64,000 bases of DNA from the IMG/VR virus record IMGVR_UViG_3300005530_000004, positions 10,873 to 74,872 of that record; one strand, given 5' to 3'. Origin of the DNA: a virus. Below, piece after piece: positions 37,602 to 47,583 of this stretch. The translations under genes were made by a program, and so were the position numbers. The notes beneath the pieces are model-generated. The model worked only from the letters and a program-made list of their open reading frames with translations, was not told the origin of the DNA and ran no database searches. Every line of letters starts with the position of its first letter. Positions within the stretch are counted from its first letter, which is position 1.

Positions 37602-38048
37602 ATGGAAATTACAGTAGAAAAAATTGCCAATTTACTCTTAAATCCAGAAAATCGTGATAAGATGCGAGAAACGAAAAATAGGGCTTGTGTAGAAATAGAA
37701 GAAGCCGCTAAGCAAATAGCTTTCCAGCGTAAAAAAATCGACGATGGTTTGATGCGACTCGCAGCCGCGAAAACGGACAAGGAAAATCCTAAGCATATCG
37801 AATCATATATAAAAAGCTTCAAGGAACGTCTTGAACGTGCTAAAAAAGAAATTGCAGAATGTCAAAAGCAAATTGAGATTCTGCAAGCTAGACTACCATC
37901 GGAAGCGCGGGCCGCTAAGGTAGAAAGTATCGAGCAAGAGCTAAAGCAATATGAAAGCAATGTTAATGCGCTGATTTCGCAAAAGGGAGAATGGACTAGG
38001 TTGCGAGATTTAATTTCGCAAGCCGAAGAATTAAGAAAATTGTCTTGA
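37602..38048 (+). CDS. coiled-coil hypothetical protein
   Basis: AAGGGA RBS, heptad pattern. Confidence 0.65.
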   Translation: MEITVEKIANLLLNPENRDKMRETKNRACVEIEEAAKQIAFQRKKIDDGLMRLAAAKTDKENPKHIESYIKSFKERLERAKKEIAECQKQIEILQARLPSEARAAKVESIEQELKQYESNVNALISQKGEWTRLRDLISQAEELRKLS

Positions 38049-38201
38049 ATATCTTGAAAACAGAAACAAAAACAAAATTCGAGAACCCGACATAATTCCG
38101 TACAGTAGTGTACAAAATTGGTACGGAATTTTGCCGCGTTTTCTGTCGAGTGGTATCGACGGCGCAGCACAATAAAACTTGTTTTGAAGAAAAGGAAGAA
38201 G

Positions 38202-38369
38202 ATGACATACAATCAATTACTAGATTGCATTGAAGCAATGACATTAGAGCAAAGAGAGTGTGATGTTACAGTAGAAATAGACGATGAATGCTATCCAGCT
38301 ACACTATATATTTCTGACGATAACCACGACTCTTTAGAAAAGGATCACCCTGTTTTGAAAGCAATGTAA
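38202..38369 (+). CDS. small acidic hypothetical protein
   Basis: AAGGA RBS before ATG 38202 (MTYNQLLD). Confidence 0.6.
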   Translation: MTYNQLLDCIEAMTLEQRECDVTVEIDDECYPATLYISDDNHDSLEKDHPVLKAM

Positions 38370-38371
38370 AT

Positions 38372-38424
38372 AACAGCCATGTTTCCGCCGCAACATAAAT
38401 GTTGCGGCGGTGGCGTAGGTTGTT
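38372..38424 (+). ncRNA. intergenic hairpin element copy A
   Basis: AACAGCCATGTTT-CCG[stem]CGG-TGGCGTAGGTTGTT. Confidence 0.75.
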
Positions 38425-38517
38425 TGCTATTTATGTTGTACTAGCAAGCCTACAATTCCGGCAAGTTGGAATTAAAAGAATACTTGCAATGAATCTTTTC
38501 CAATGAGGGAAGTTGTG

Positions 38518-38973
38518 ATGATCGCAACAAAAAAGACGAATGGACGTTTCTCACGTTTCTCGGAACAGGATGCAAATGATCTAGCAACGAATCTTGCTAA
38601 ATCTCTTTCGCATCAATTCTCTTTCCGCGAAAGCAAAGCTCTCGAAAAGAGAGTTGCAGCGTCTCCAGAGACGACAACAAAAAAGCTTCGATCTGGAAGC
38701 AAACTCTTTCAAATGCGGACAATTCTTTCGTCCGCCAAACGCGATAAATCTTTTCGCGTGAATCTGCAAGCCACAGAGCTTGCAGTAAAACTGTTCTCTC
38801 GCATGTTTTCTCGAAAACTTTGGCGAGAGAATATTGTTTATTCTCGTCGCGCCTGGTTGAACGGTTTTCCGGTCAACTATGACCAGCAAGATTTAATGCT
38901 GATTTGTCGTCGCGTTGCGAGAAGAATTGCGAGAAGAGTTGCTTCTAGCAATTGCTATGAAAATAGCAAATAG
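38518..38973 (+). CDS. basic hypothetical protein
   Basis: GAGGGA RBS, Arg-rich. Confidence 0.55.
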   Translation: MIATKKTNGRFSRFSEQDANDLATNLAKSLSHQFSFRESKALEKRVAASPETTTKKLRSGSKLFQMRTILSSAKRDKSFRVNLQATELAVKLFSRMFSRKLWRENIVYSRRAWLNGFPVNYDQQDLMLICRRVARRIARRVASSNCYENSK

Positions 38974-38983
38974 CTGATTCTGC

Positions 38984-39047
38984 AGACAGTCATGTCTCCG
39001 TGCTGTTATTTAACAGATAAATAACAGCACGGTGCCGTAGATTGTTT
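38984..39047 (+). ncRNA. intergenic hairpin element copy B
   Basis: AGACAGTCATGTCT-CCG[stem]CGG-TGCCGTAGATTGTTT. Confidence 0.75.
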
Positions 39048-39089
39048 TCTAGTTTCTGACACAATAAATTGAAGAAGGAGAGAAAGAAA

Positions 39090-39848
39090 ATGCAATTCGA
39101 CAATGAAAAATTAAAAAAGATTATTGAGAAGCATCGAAAATATTATCTTAATGAAGAAGGTGGAGAACGTGCAGATTTGTCCGGTGCAAATTTGTTTGGT
39201 GCAGATTTGTCACGTGCAAATTTGTCCGGTGCAGATTTGTCCGGTGCAAATTTGTCGCGTGCAAATTTGTTTGGTGCAAATTTGTTTGGTGCAGATTTGT
39301 TTGGTGCAAATTTGTCTGGTGCAGATTTGTCGCGCGCAAATTTGTCTGATGCAAATTTGTCGCGTGCAATTTTGTCCGGTGCAAATTTGTCGCGTGCAAA
39401 TTTGTTTGGTGCAAATTTGTCCGGTGCAGATTTGTCGCGTGCAAATTTGTTTGGTGCAAATTTGTCCGGTGCAGATTTGTTTGGTGCAAATTTGTTTGGT
39501 GCAAATTTGTTTGGTGCAGATTTGTCCGGTGCAAATTTGTTTGGTGCAAACTTATCCAGTGCAAAATTAAATGAAGAAACCAATATTACAGGAGAGTCTT
39601 GGAAGGAATATTTAGAAAAAGTTGTTCCGGCTTTACTGACAGCTGGCGGAAAAACAATCCAAGAAATTGTAGAATCTGGCTGTTGGAATTGCCATGAATG
39701 GCAAAATTGTCCAATGCACATCGCATTTGGAATTAATAATAAAGAGGACGGGCCAATTTTATTAAGGCCTAGGATCAAACAATTTATTCAATTATTTGAT
39801 TTTAATTTGATCCCATGTCCGGTTGTTCCATTTACTTCTGTTAATTAA
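39090..39848 (+). CDS. pentapeptide repeat protein
   Basis: About 26 A(D/N)L(S/F)(G/R) repeats; AAGGAG RBS. Confidence 0.92.
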   Translation: MQFDNEKLKKIIEKHRKYYLNEEGGERADLSGANLFGADLSRANLSGADLSGANLSRANLFGANLFGADLFGANLSGADLSRANLSDANLSRAILSGANLSRANLFGANLSGADLSRANLFGANLSGADLFGANLFGANLFGADLSGANLFGANLSSAKLNEETNITGESWKEYLEKVVPALLTAGGKTIQEIVESGCWNCHEWQNCPMHIAFGINNKEDGPILLRPRIKQFIQLFDFNLIPCPVVPFTSVN

Positions 39849-39849
39849 C

Positions 39850-39910
39850 AAACAATCATGTTTCCGCGCCACGATATTTTTATATCGTGGCGCGATGACG
39901 TAGATTGTTT
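39850..39910 (+). ncRNA. intergenic hairpin element copy C
   Basis: AAACAATCATGTTTC-CG[stem]CG-ATGACGTAGATTGTTT. Confidence 0.75.
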
Positions 39911-39972
39911 TCTGGTTCTAGTTTCTAGTGGTTTCTGATTTCTGGCACAATAAAAGAAATGGAGATTGACAA

Positions 39973-40209
39973 ATGAAAGAAAAGATTGAATGTTTACTTC
40001 CGGATGATGGAAAAACTTGCGTCCGGCTACGCGGAAAGAATGGTAACTTTGTTACCATTTTGCCTTGTGGAACCGACGTAAATGGAAATGTTACAAATGT
40101 CGATTTGTGCAAACCGAATGGAGAAGTGTTGTATTGTGGAGTAGATATTGAACTGGTCAATATCTTTTGTGAAGAACTCGGATTGGAAAGAATCTTGCAG
40201 GAGAAGTGA
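39973..40209 (+). CDS. small hypothetical protein
   Basis: GGAGA RBS. Confidence 0.6.
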   Translation: MKEKIECLLPDDGKTCVRLRGKNGNFVTILPCGTDVNGNVTNVDLCKPNGEVLYCGVDIELVNIFCEELGLERILQEK

Positions 40210-40214
40210 AATAA

Positions 40215-40916
40215 ATGAATCGCGATGAATTGCTTGACACAATAAAAAGATTGCTTGCGCTTTCTAGCTCATCAAATGAGAATGAAAGCGCTTCGGCGCT
40301 TGCGCGAGCAAATAAATTGATGATGGAACATAATATTTCCATGTTTGATGTTAATAATGAAACATCAACATCAAATTATGATGAAATAGATGTTTATACC
40401 GCCGGGCGAGCATCATCAAAAGATCCGTATTTGTGCAGTATTCTGCAAGATTACTTCTTTGTGAAAGCGATTTATATTCCATCCGACGGTTATCAACGAA
40501 AAACCACGTTGAAATTTTTCGGTGATAAAGTAAATATTCAAATTGCTGTATATGTCTATAAAGTATTGGATATACTTTTTAGTGTTTACGCAGATGTAAA
40601 CAAGATTCAAGTAAAACATCGGCGAGCATATTATCAAGGATTATGCCACGGATTTAAGCGAAAACTTAAAGAAGAACGTGATGCAATGAATAGAAACATT
40701 GCAAGTAGTGGAACAGCACTTGTCTTAATTGATAAGGCGCTTGTCAAAGCATATAATAACAGATTTCCGACCACTAAAACAAAATCTGTTTCTAAAATGA
40801 CAATGAATGACCGTGCTTACAATCAAGGAATTGTTGACGCAAAAGAAATAAACTTGCGTCAAGGTATAGAAGGTACAAAAGGCACCACACAACCAAAGAT
40901 TCAAGATTGGAGTTGA
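40215..40916 (+). CDS. DUF2786-domain protein
   Basis: IKRLLALSSSSNENESASALARANKLMMEHNI; AYNQG..AKEINL. Confidence 0.8.
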   Translation: MNRDELLDTIKRLLALSSSSNENESASALARANKLMMEHNISMFDVNNETSTSNYDEIDVYTAGRASSKDPYLCSILQDYFFVKAIYIPSDGYQRKTTLKFFGDKVNIQIAVYVYKVLDILFSVYADVNKIQVKHRRAYYQGLCHGFKRKLKEERDAMNRNIASSGTALVLIDKALVKAYNNRFPTTKTKSVSKMTMNDRAYNQGIVDAKEINLRQGIEGTKGTTQPKIQDWS

Positions 40917-40918
40917 TA

Positions 40919-40975
40919 AAACAATCATGTCTCCGCCGTGCAGAATATTCTGCACGGCGACGGCGTAGGTTGTTT
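40919..40975 (+). ncRNA. intergenic hairpin element copy D
   Basis: AAACAATCATGTCTC-CGCCGTGCAGAATATTCTGCACGGCG-ACGGCGTAGGTTGTTT. Confidence 0.75.
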
Positions 40976-41008
40976 CTGGTTTCTGACACAATAAATGTAA
41001 GGGAGAAG

Positions 41009-42555
41009 ATGGTTATGTCTAATTCAATTCATTATTTCGGAATAACAATTAACAGAGAGGGTGATATAGTAGTAGATGATATTACTATATTTAGTCATAT
41101 AAGAGAAACAGCAAAATATTTAGGGTATCGAACACAAGATATACACCGAGATTCTCGTCTCCCTCAACTTGTAATTCTAATTGGCAATCAAAAAGATGCG
41201 ATCGCCTTTATTGAATTGATATAGGGGTGTAGAATTTCGCGGATTATGGCTAAAAAGATATTGCGTTATAGTTTCTGGTTTCTGATACAATAAATTGGAG
41301 AAGTGAAACAAATGGAAGAAAAAGAAAAATCAAGATTAGCAATTGGATTCAATTGTGAACAAAATTACACTCGTTCAATTTGGACTTTCAGCACTGATCC
41401 ACAAGAAGTTGCTAATCAATTTTCTATTGATGGTAATTCTACCACGTTAGATCAAATTCTACTTGTTTCTAATTCACAAGACAAAAATAATGGACCGATT
41501 GTAGTTAAGCATTGGAATCTCGACAAGGACTATAAATAATGGCAATTAAAACCCCATATTTAATTCAAAGATGCACAATACAGAAATTTAGTGGTAATCA
41601 AAAAGTTAGTGAATTTTTACAGTTTGATTACATGGGGTCGGCTGAATTTGAATTTGGTGCATTACCTAAATGTCTTCGAGAAATATTTTCTATTAAAAAT
41701 GACTTAAAAATCTTTAGAGTATTATATCTTAAAGATCTATATGTTCTTTGCACCGAGAGTAATATAAGAGAAATTGAAGTTTATTTATCAAGATTATGTG
41801 GATTAGGAGATATCCTAATCTTAAAAGAGCCAATCAGTATAGAAAAACTATTAAAAAAAGAAAAACCATATAGACGAGATAATTTTTGGATTGATATTGA
41901 AAATTATTTTTGTTTCTCTTTTGATAAAAAAGCTCTGCAAAATTTTAGAATTGCATTAGACAATTCCATTTCTTATATGGATAAGAATAAGTAGACAACA
42001 TGCACATTCGCGCTGTAATTGGCGGAAGATATACTAATGTTGTTTTCGATATTCCTGTTCCCATTGTAGATTGGCTATGGGAAGACTTACGCGAGAAGAT
42101 GTTGCAGAAAAGACGAATAAATGAAGATGCAATAAAACTAAAATTGGCAAGAGAAACATATGAAAAAGCTGCAAAGCTGCAAGCTGAAATTGCTGCCGAT
42201 TGTGCAGTAAAGTTTGCAGAGTATTCAGAAATTGATTCTGGATTGAAAGAAGCAGAAAAAGCGATGGGCGGAAGAGGAAAAAAACCGCGAGTGCGGTCGA
42301 GAAAAACTAATTACAAAAAGAAGTCAATGTATAAATTGAACGGAGAGAATTGAGATGTCTAAGATGATACTAACTGAATCAGACTTGAAATTACTTGAAA
42401 AATACAATGTTACACTTGATGGCGCAATAACTGAAGCCCCAGCACATTTTCAAAATAGTGATGCAGCGCTCGCTGGATATTGGTATGCAATGTACAAACA
42501 ACTCAAAAAAGAGTTTGATTATTACAAAAAGTTAATTGAAGATGGTAGAAAATAG
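41009..42555 (+). other. five small early hypothetical CDSs (41009-41224, 41303-41539, 41539-41994, 42000-42353, 42355-42555)
   Basis: GGAG-type RBSs, tight packing. Confidence 0.6.
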
Positions 42556-42591
42556 TCGATGATTTGAAATAACAATAAACAAATTTAATTT

Positions 42592-42640
42592 AATTCCCTA
42601 GATAATTATTATCTAGGGAATTATTTTTATTTTTATTTTT
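42592..42640 (+). terminator. terminator closing the early region
   Basis: AATTCCCTAGATAA-TTA-TTATCTAGGGAATT followed by U-rich tract. Confidence 0.75.
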
Positions 42641-42712
42641 GGACTAGTGTACAAGAAATTTTGCCGCTTTTGAAGGTGTGGAACGATGGTCATTTATAGT
42701 GAGGGTTTAACG

Positions 42713-43009
42713 ATGGTCGTTTGGAAATATGATATTTTATTAAAGTCTGGAATTCAAAAGATAAGGATGCCTAAAGGTGCAAAAGTATTAACAGCACAAG
42801 TGCAAAGAGAAAATGATGGTTATGACGATATTAAAATCTGGTGCTTAATTGATAATGGACAAGCAGAATTAGAATTAGTAGATCGACATTTTATTTTACG
42901 TGGAACTGGTCATTCATTCGCAGTTTCAAATAGTTATCCATTAAATTATATTGGAACAGTGCAAATTGATTATAGTGTTTGGCATATATTTGAAATTATA
43001 GGGGTGTGA
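42713..43009 (+). CDS. conserved phage hypothetical protein
   Basis: VWKY..MPKGA..GTGH..YIGTVQ..VWHIFE. Confidence 0.65.
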   Translation: MVVWKYDILLKSGIQKIRMPKGAKVLTAQVQRENDGYDDIKIWCLIDNGQAELELVDRHFILRGTGHSFAVSNSYPLNYIGTVQIDYSVWHIFEIIGV

Positions 43010-43032
43010 GGAATATCAGCAGGAATATCAAT

Positions 43033-44040
43033 ATGAAAATTAAATCAGAAATATGGGATGGCATTACACCATCTTTATATGCACACCTAAAAATAGACGG
43101 TGCATTTTTAAGGATAAAAAAGGATGAACAAGGTGAGATTAAATGTTTATCCAGTATTGACACAGATTTAACTACGGCGATTACTAACTGCAAGCCTAGG
43201 TGGTTAGTTAATTTATACAAGAATATGCCGTTCAATTCTTGTATACTAGGCGAATTATTTTACTATGATACAGTAAATAGAAAAGGGCTTCCTGCAAGCT
43301 ATATAAAGACCGGCTTAGCAAACGGTGAAAATTATTATGATGAAAACTCAACAGATATAACAGTAAGTAAGAAGTTAATGAAGGGGCAAGGACAACAGCA
43401 ACAGGAACAGCAACAATATCAATTATGTTTCAGTGGATTTGCAATTGAATATGGATTTCCTGGAATAGATCACAATAGTGAATTAGACCAAGTAGAAATT
43501 AAATTAATGGCTCTAGGAATAGATGTTCCGCCAGCAATATCATTTAGATATAGTGAAGAATTTCCTAGCAAAGAAGAATTACTTGATAAGTATCTACAGA
43601 GAGATTATTTCAAAAATCGAACAAAATTTGATTATTCTACTCTTGCAGAAGGGTGGATGCTTAAAAGTGGTAATTTGACTGGTTGGAAAAAAGTTAAAAA
43701 AGAAAATACAATAGATTGTTTCATTGCTGGTTATATTCCAGGAAAAGGAAAATATTATGGAAAAGTAGGCAGCTTAATTTGTTGTGTATATAATGCCGCT
43801 GGTGCAGCTATGCAAATAGCTACGGCTGGTGGATTTAATGATGAGATAAGGGACTGGTTGACAGAACAATTTAAGAGCAATAAAGACGAATTGATTGGAC
43901 AAGTAATAGAAATTCAATATCAATTTGTTGCAACGCAAGGTAGGTTGCGACACCCAAGATTTAAAAATTGGCGAGATGATAAGCTTGCAGAAGAATGCTT
44001 AACTTCGCAAGATGAAGAATTGGTCAAATATTGGGGGTGA
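43033..44040 (+). CDS. lig: ATP-dependent DNA ligase
   Basis: KIDG (motif I), ILGELF, EGWMLK, WKKVKK, OB-fold RLRHPRF..WRDDK. Confidence 0.88.
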   Translation: MKIKSEIWDGITPSLYAHLKIDGAFLRIKKDEQGEIKCLSSIDTDLTTAITNCKPRWLVNLYKNMPFNSCILGELFYYDTVNRKGLPASYIKTGLANGENYYDENSTDITVSKKLMKGQGQQQQEQQQYQLCFSGFAIEYGFPGIDHNSELDQVEIKLMALGIDVPPAISFRYSEEFPSKEELLDKYLQRDYFKNRTKFDYSTLAEGWMLKSGNLTGWKKVKKENTIDCFIAGYIPGKGKYYGKVGSLICCVYNAAGAAMQIATAGGFNDEIRDWLTEQFKSNKDELIGQVIEIQYQFVATQGRLRHPRFKNWRDDKLAEECLTSQDEELVKYWG

Positions 44041-44059
44041 TGAGGATAATGGAGATAAA

Positions 44060-44870
44060 ATGAACAGCAACAACAACATTATTGTTAAACATTGGCTAAA
44101 CAATAAATTTGCATGTCTTGAAGACGGTGGATATTGTGGACATGATATTCAAAACAATATTGATATTTATGTATTTAAAATTATCGGTGTAAAGATACAA
44201 TCCAGTTTCAAAGAATCTAACATCTACATTCGTGGAGAACATACTTGTTGGTTTAATATAAATGGATGTTTGATTTATGCAGATGAGGATGAGCTGCAAG
44301 ATTATGTTGAGATTCGTGCTAGAGAAAAATTGCTGAAAACAGAAACGTATATTATCAATATAAATCCAAGTCAAGAATTTTAAGGAATAAAACATGCTTC
44401 AATGGATACTTAGAACAATTATTTGTGGAGAATTTGAAAAGAAGTTTAGAGGGCCGGAAAACAATACAGTAAATAATACTGCAATGCTAATGATTTTTGA
44501 CAGCGATCCCAAGCCAAGATTTCAATTAAAAGAAGTTCACCACCATACAGATTTGTTAATATATCAAGAACCGAATTCCAGATTCGTTGCAGTATATGAA
44601 AGAGATTGGTGGACGCCTTATTACGGTAAAGGTGAAAAGTTTAGTGGAGTGACAGAATATAAATGTGTAGCTTACCATGATTCTTGTTGGAGAGAAGACG
44701 GTGTTGGAAGATTTATTCTGTTTAATTCAGAAAAATTAACAGGCTTAAATTATGTTAATATGCTCAGTGGAATGGGTGGAAACGGATGGTACAAAACTAT
44801 TATAATTGATCAAGCAATGAGGAAAAACTTAAGGAACATAAGGAATTTGAAGTATGACTTCTCGAATTAG
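44060..44870 (+). other. two hypothetical CDSs (44060-44383, 44394-44870)
   Basis: RBS and packing. Confidence 0.55.
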
Positions 44871-45747
44871 TTCACCCGTCAAATATTTTGGTGGAAAATA
44901 TTATATTGCAAAAGATATTGTTAGATTGTTTCCAAGCAAGAGTACATACCTTAATTATGTAGAACCTTATTGTGGCGGAGCAAGTGTATTCTTTGCTGCA
45001 AGCGATTTACACGTTGGGCGATGTAGTGAAGTATTAAATGATAAGTATGAAACATTGATAAATTTCTTTAAAGTATTACAAGATAAGTTTTTATTTGAAG
45101 AATTTCACAGAATAATTAGCTTGCAGCCGTTTGCAGAACAATCATTTGAAGAGTGGTGGACACACTTAGAAAATCTACTAGACATTAATAAATCACTAAC
45201 TTTAACATCTCAATACCATGAAGGAAATATGCTTGATGAAGCTATTGCATTTTTTATTGTAAATAGAATGTCTTGGGCTGGCAGAATGACAGATTTTGCC
45301 GCTATAACTAAGAAAAGATTACGCGGCGGAAAGAATGAACAAGTTAATGCGTGGCTAGGTGCAATAGATAAATTACCTGAAATCGCAATGCGCTTACAAC
45401 ATGCTTTAATATTAAACCGTGATGCTCTGCAAGTAATCAATAACTTCAATGATCCAAAAACTTTATTTTATCTTGATCCGCCATATTTATTGGGCGATAC
45501 TGGAGTACGAACTAATAAAGATGGTGGAGAATATAAACATGAAATGACTTATGAACAACATGAAGCAATGTTAAGTATAATTTCTTTAGATAGTTTCAAG
45601 GCTAAGTTTTTGCTTAGCTGTTATGATAATAAACTGTATAATGATTATGCGCATGATTACCGATGGAAAAGACATGAAATAAAGTGCGTGGAAAGATCGA
45701 GCGGTGCCGCAAACGAAAGAATCGAGGTGGTTTATGCAAACTACTGA
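44854..45747 (+). CDS. dam: DNA N6-adenine methyltransferase (Dam/D12 class)
   Basis: KYFGGKY, YVEPYCGGASVFF, FYLDPPY. Confidence 0.9.
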   Translation: MTSRISSPVKYFGGKYYIAKDIVRLFPSKSTYLNYVEPYCGGASVFFAASDLHVGRCSEVLNDKYETLINFFKVLQDKFLFEEFHRIISLQPFAEQSFEEWWTHLENLLDINKSLTLTSQYHEGNMLDEAIAFFIVNRMSWAGRMTDFAAITKKRLRGGKNEQVNAWLGAIDKLPEIAMRLQHALILNRDALQVINNFNDPKTLFYLDPPYLLGDTGVRTNKDGGEYKHEMTYEQHEAMLSIISLDSFKAKFLLSCYDNKLYNDYAHDYRWKRHEIKCVERSSGAANERIEVVYANY

Positions 45748-46123
45748 AAAACAATTGTATGATGTAAATAAACAGGTTGCTAATTTTATTAATGATTCTA
45801 AGCTACGAATCAATTCAAGATCATGGATATCAAATGATCTAATGCAAGTATATGTTAGAGTAGCATATAGATATATTAATAATATAGGCTACAGAACATT
45901 CGAAATAGCCAGTGTTCAGGTTTATAATCCTGGAAAGGGTACATTCACAGCGTTTTTAAAAGAAGTCTTATTACTGTGCTTTGAAGATAATTATATACAA
46001 GTAATTTATATTGAAAATGTTTTAAATGAAAGATTTGCTTCATTTTTTGATAAATTAGGTTTTGAGAAAAGATTAGACCTAGCAGAAGTTCCGTCTTTTT
46101 ATAAGATGCTAAAAAGGTGCTAA
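45734..46123 (+). CDS. GNAT-like acetyltransferase
   Basis: FEIASVQV..PGKGTFTAFL, IENVLNERFASFFDKLGF. Confidence 0.6.
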   Translation: MQTTEKQLYDVNKQVANFINDSKLRINSRSWISNDLMQVYVRVAYRYINNIGYRTFEIASVQVYNPGKGTFTAFLKEVLLLCFEDNYIQVIYIENVLNERFASFFDKLGFEKRLDLAEVPSFYKMLKRC

Positions 46124-46813
46124 GGAGAAGATGGATGAATGACAGCAACGATAATATTATTGCAATATGTCACCATTATTTAAAGCATAAATGGATAAGT
46201 TTCAATTGTAGAACATTAAGTGAATTAAATAGTCATATTAATATTTGTAGAGGTAAATTAGGTCCACACTCTAAAACACCGTGGTTTATTGAATGGGTGA
46301 ATAATGAATGATTTAATCAATATTCTATTGATATACGAAATTCGCGGCGACGGTGCAGATGAACATAGCATAACTGCATATAAAGGCAAAGCCACACGCG
46401 AAGAATTTGCTAAATTAATTAAATCTCACGGAAAACTTTACACTCCAGAAGAAGTTGATAGTAATTTAAATTTTATATTTTTATGTACATGGTTAAATAG
46501 AGAAGATGTAGCGCCTCTATATAATGAAGCCATTGTAAAAAATATACATCTTGAAGGAATCTACAAGGTTATAATTACAGGAGAATTGTAAATGCACAGT
46601 AGCACCACAATTAAAACATTTCTTCGTACATACGGAGACATGAATAAATTTGACTTAATAACGGAGTTAATGAATAAATATAATAATGAAGGATATTTCG
46701 GGCAAAGAAAGTCTTGGATTAAAAGAACATTCGGAGAATTACTGGTTGTTCTTTATGAAATAGAGATAGAATTAGAAAAAGAAGAAAAAGATGGACTTGA
46801 ATTTGATAACTAA
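46117..46813 (+). other. three small hypothetical CDSs (46117-46311, 46304-46591, 46592-46813)
   Basis: Tight packing. Confidence 0.5.
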
Positions 46814-46837
46814 CGAGAAGAGGAGCAATAAACTACG

Positions 46838-47176
46838 ATGCTTTCACTAACTGCTCATTGCGGTGATATAATTACAATCGGCAGGTCTATCATTAAAATT
46901 GACAGAAAAAATACCGGCAATGGTCTGCAAATCCTAATTGAGGCAGATAGGACAGAAAAAATATTGCGTGGTTATTTGGTTGAACAACTTATTAAAGAGA
47001 GTGGGTATCAATTTGTTGGGCAGGAAGCACGAGTTAGAAAATATAAAAGGCTAAGCGACGGGGCTATTGTTACAGATTTTATGGCATTGAAAGAAATATT
47101 GCGACAGAATTTAGAAGACAAAGACGAGGGGAATATAGAAAGCGAAGGTGGGGAGAACAACGATAATGGTGAATAA
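46838..47176 (+). CDS. CsrA/RsmA-like RNA-binding protein with C-terminal extension
   Basis: MLSLTAHCGDIITIG..GLQILIEADRTEKILRG aligns with CsrA MLILTRRVGETLMIG..QVRIGVNAPKEVSVHRE. Confidence 0.6.
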   Translation: MLSLTAHCGDIITIGRSIIKIDRKNTGNGLQILIEADRTEKILRGYLVEQLIKESGYQFVGQEARVRKYKRLSDGAIVTDFMALKEILRQNLEDKDEGNIESEGGENNDNGE

Positions 47177-47558
47177 AGGCCCGGAAGGAAAATTTCGTAC
47201 AAAGACTGTAAATGAGTTAAAAAAATATAATGCAAAGGTTATAAATAATGTACAATACATGGGAGAAACAAAATCTGGAATGATATTAAGCCCTGAACCT
47301 GGTGTTTCGGATATTACATTAATTCATCCATATACAGGAATCATATTTCTTGAATTTAAGTCAATAAATGGTAAATTAAGCGCCGTACAGAAAAGATTCC
47401 TTGAAGAAATTAATTTGCGAGTACCATATTCTGGATTTGTTGCTTGGGAAGATTTAATACAAGGGGGGATATTGAGATGCTCTGATGGAATATCTTATGG
47501 AAGTTTCAATAATGGTGGTGAGTTGATTGACATTATTCGTTCGTTGAGAAATTTGTAA
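47166..47558 (+). CDS. VRR-NUC/PD-(D/E)xK nuclease
   Basis: PGVSDITL..FLEFKSINGKLSAVQKRF. Confidence 0.8.
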   Translation: MVNKGPEGKFRTKTVNELKKYNAKVINNVQYMGETKSGMILSPEPGVSDITLIHPYTGIIFLEFKSINGKLSAVQKRFLEEINLRVPYSGFVAWEDLIQGGILRCSDGISYGSFNNGGELIDIIRSLRNL

Positions 47559-47583
47559 GGTTATTTTTGTAAGGAGAGTTGTA

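Noticed and set aside
39124-39778. Cys-rich (QICxV) and His-rich (TNLHx) ORFs
   Set aside because: Alternative-frame shadows of the pentapeptide repeat
38372-40975. Integron attC cassette array
   Set aside because: Placement after stop codons is similar, but RYYYAAC/GTTRRRY boxes are not met, wobble pairs favour the top-strand RNA, and no tyrosine integrase is in the window
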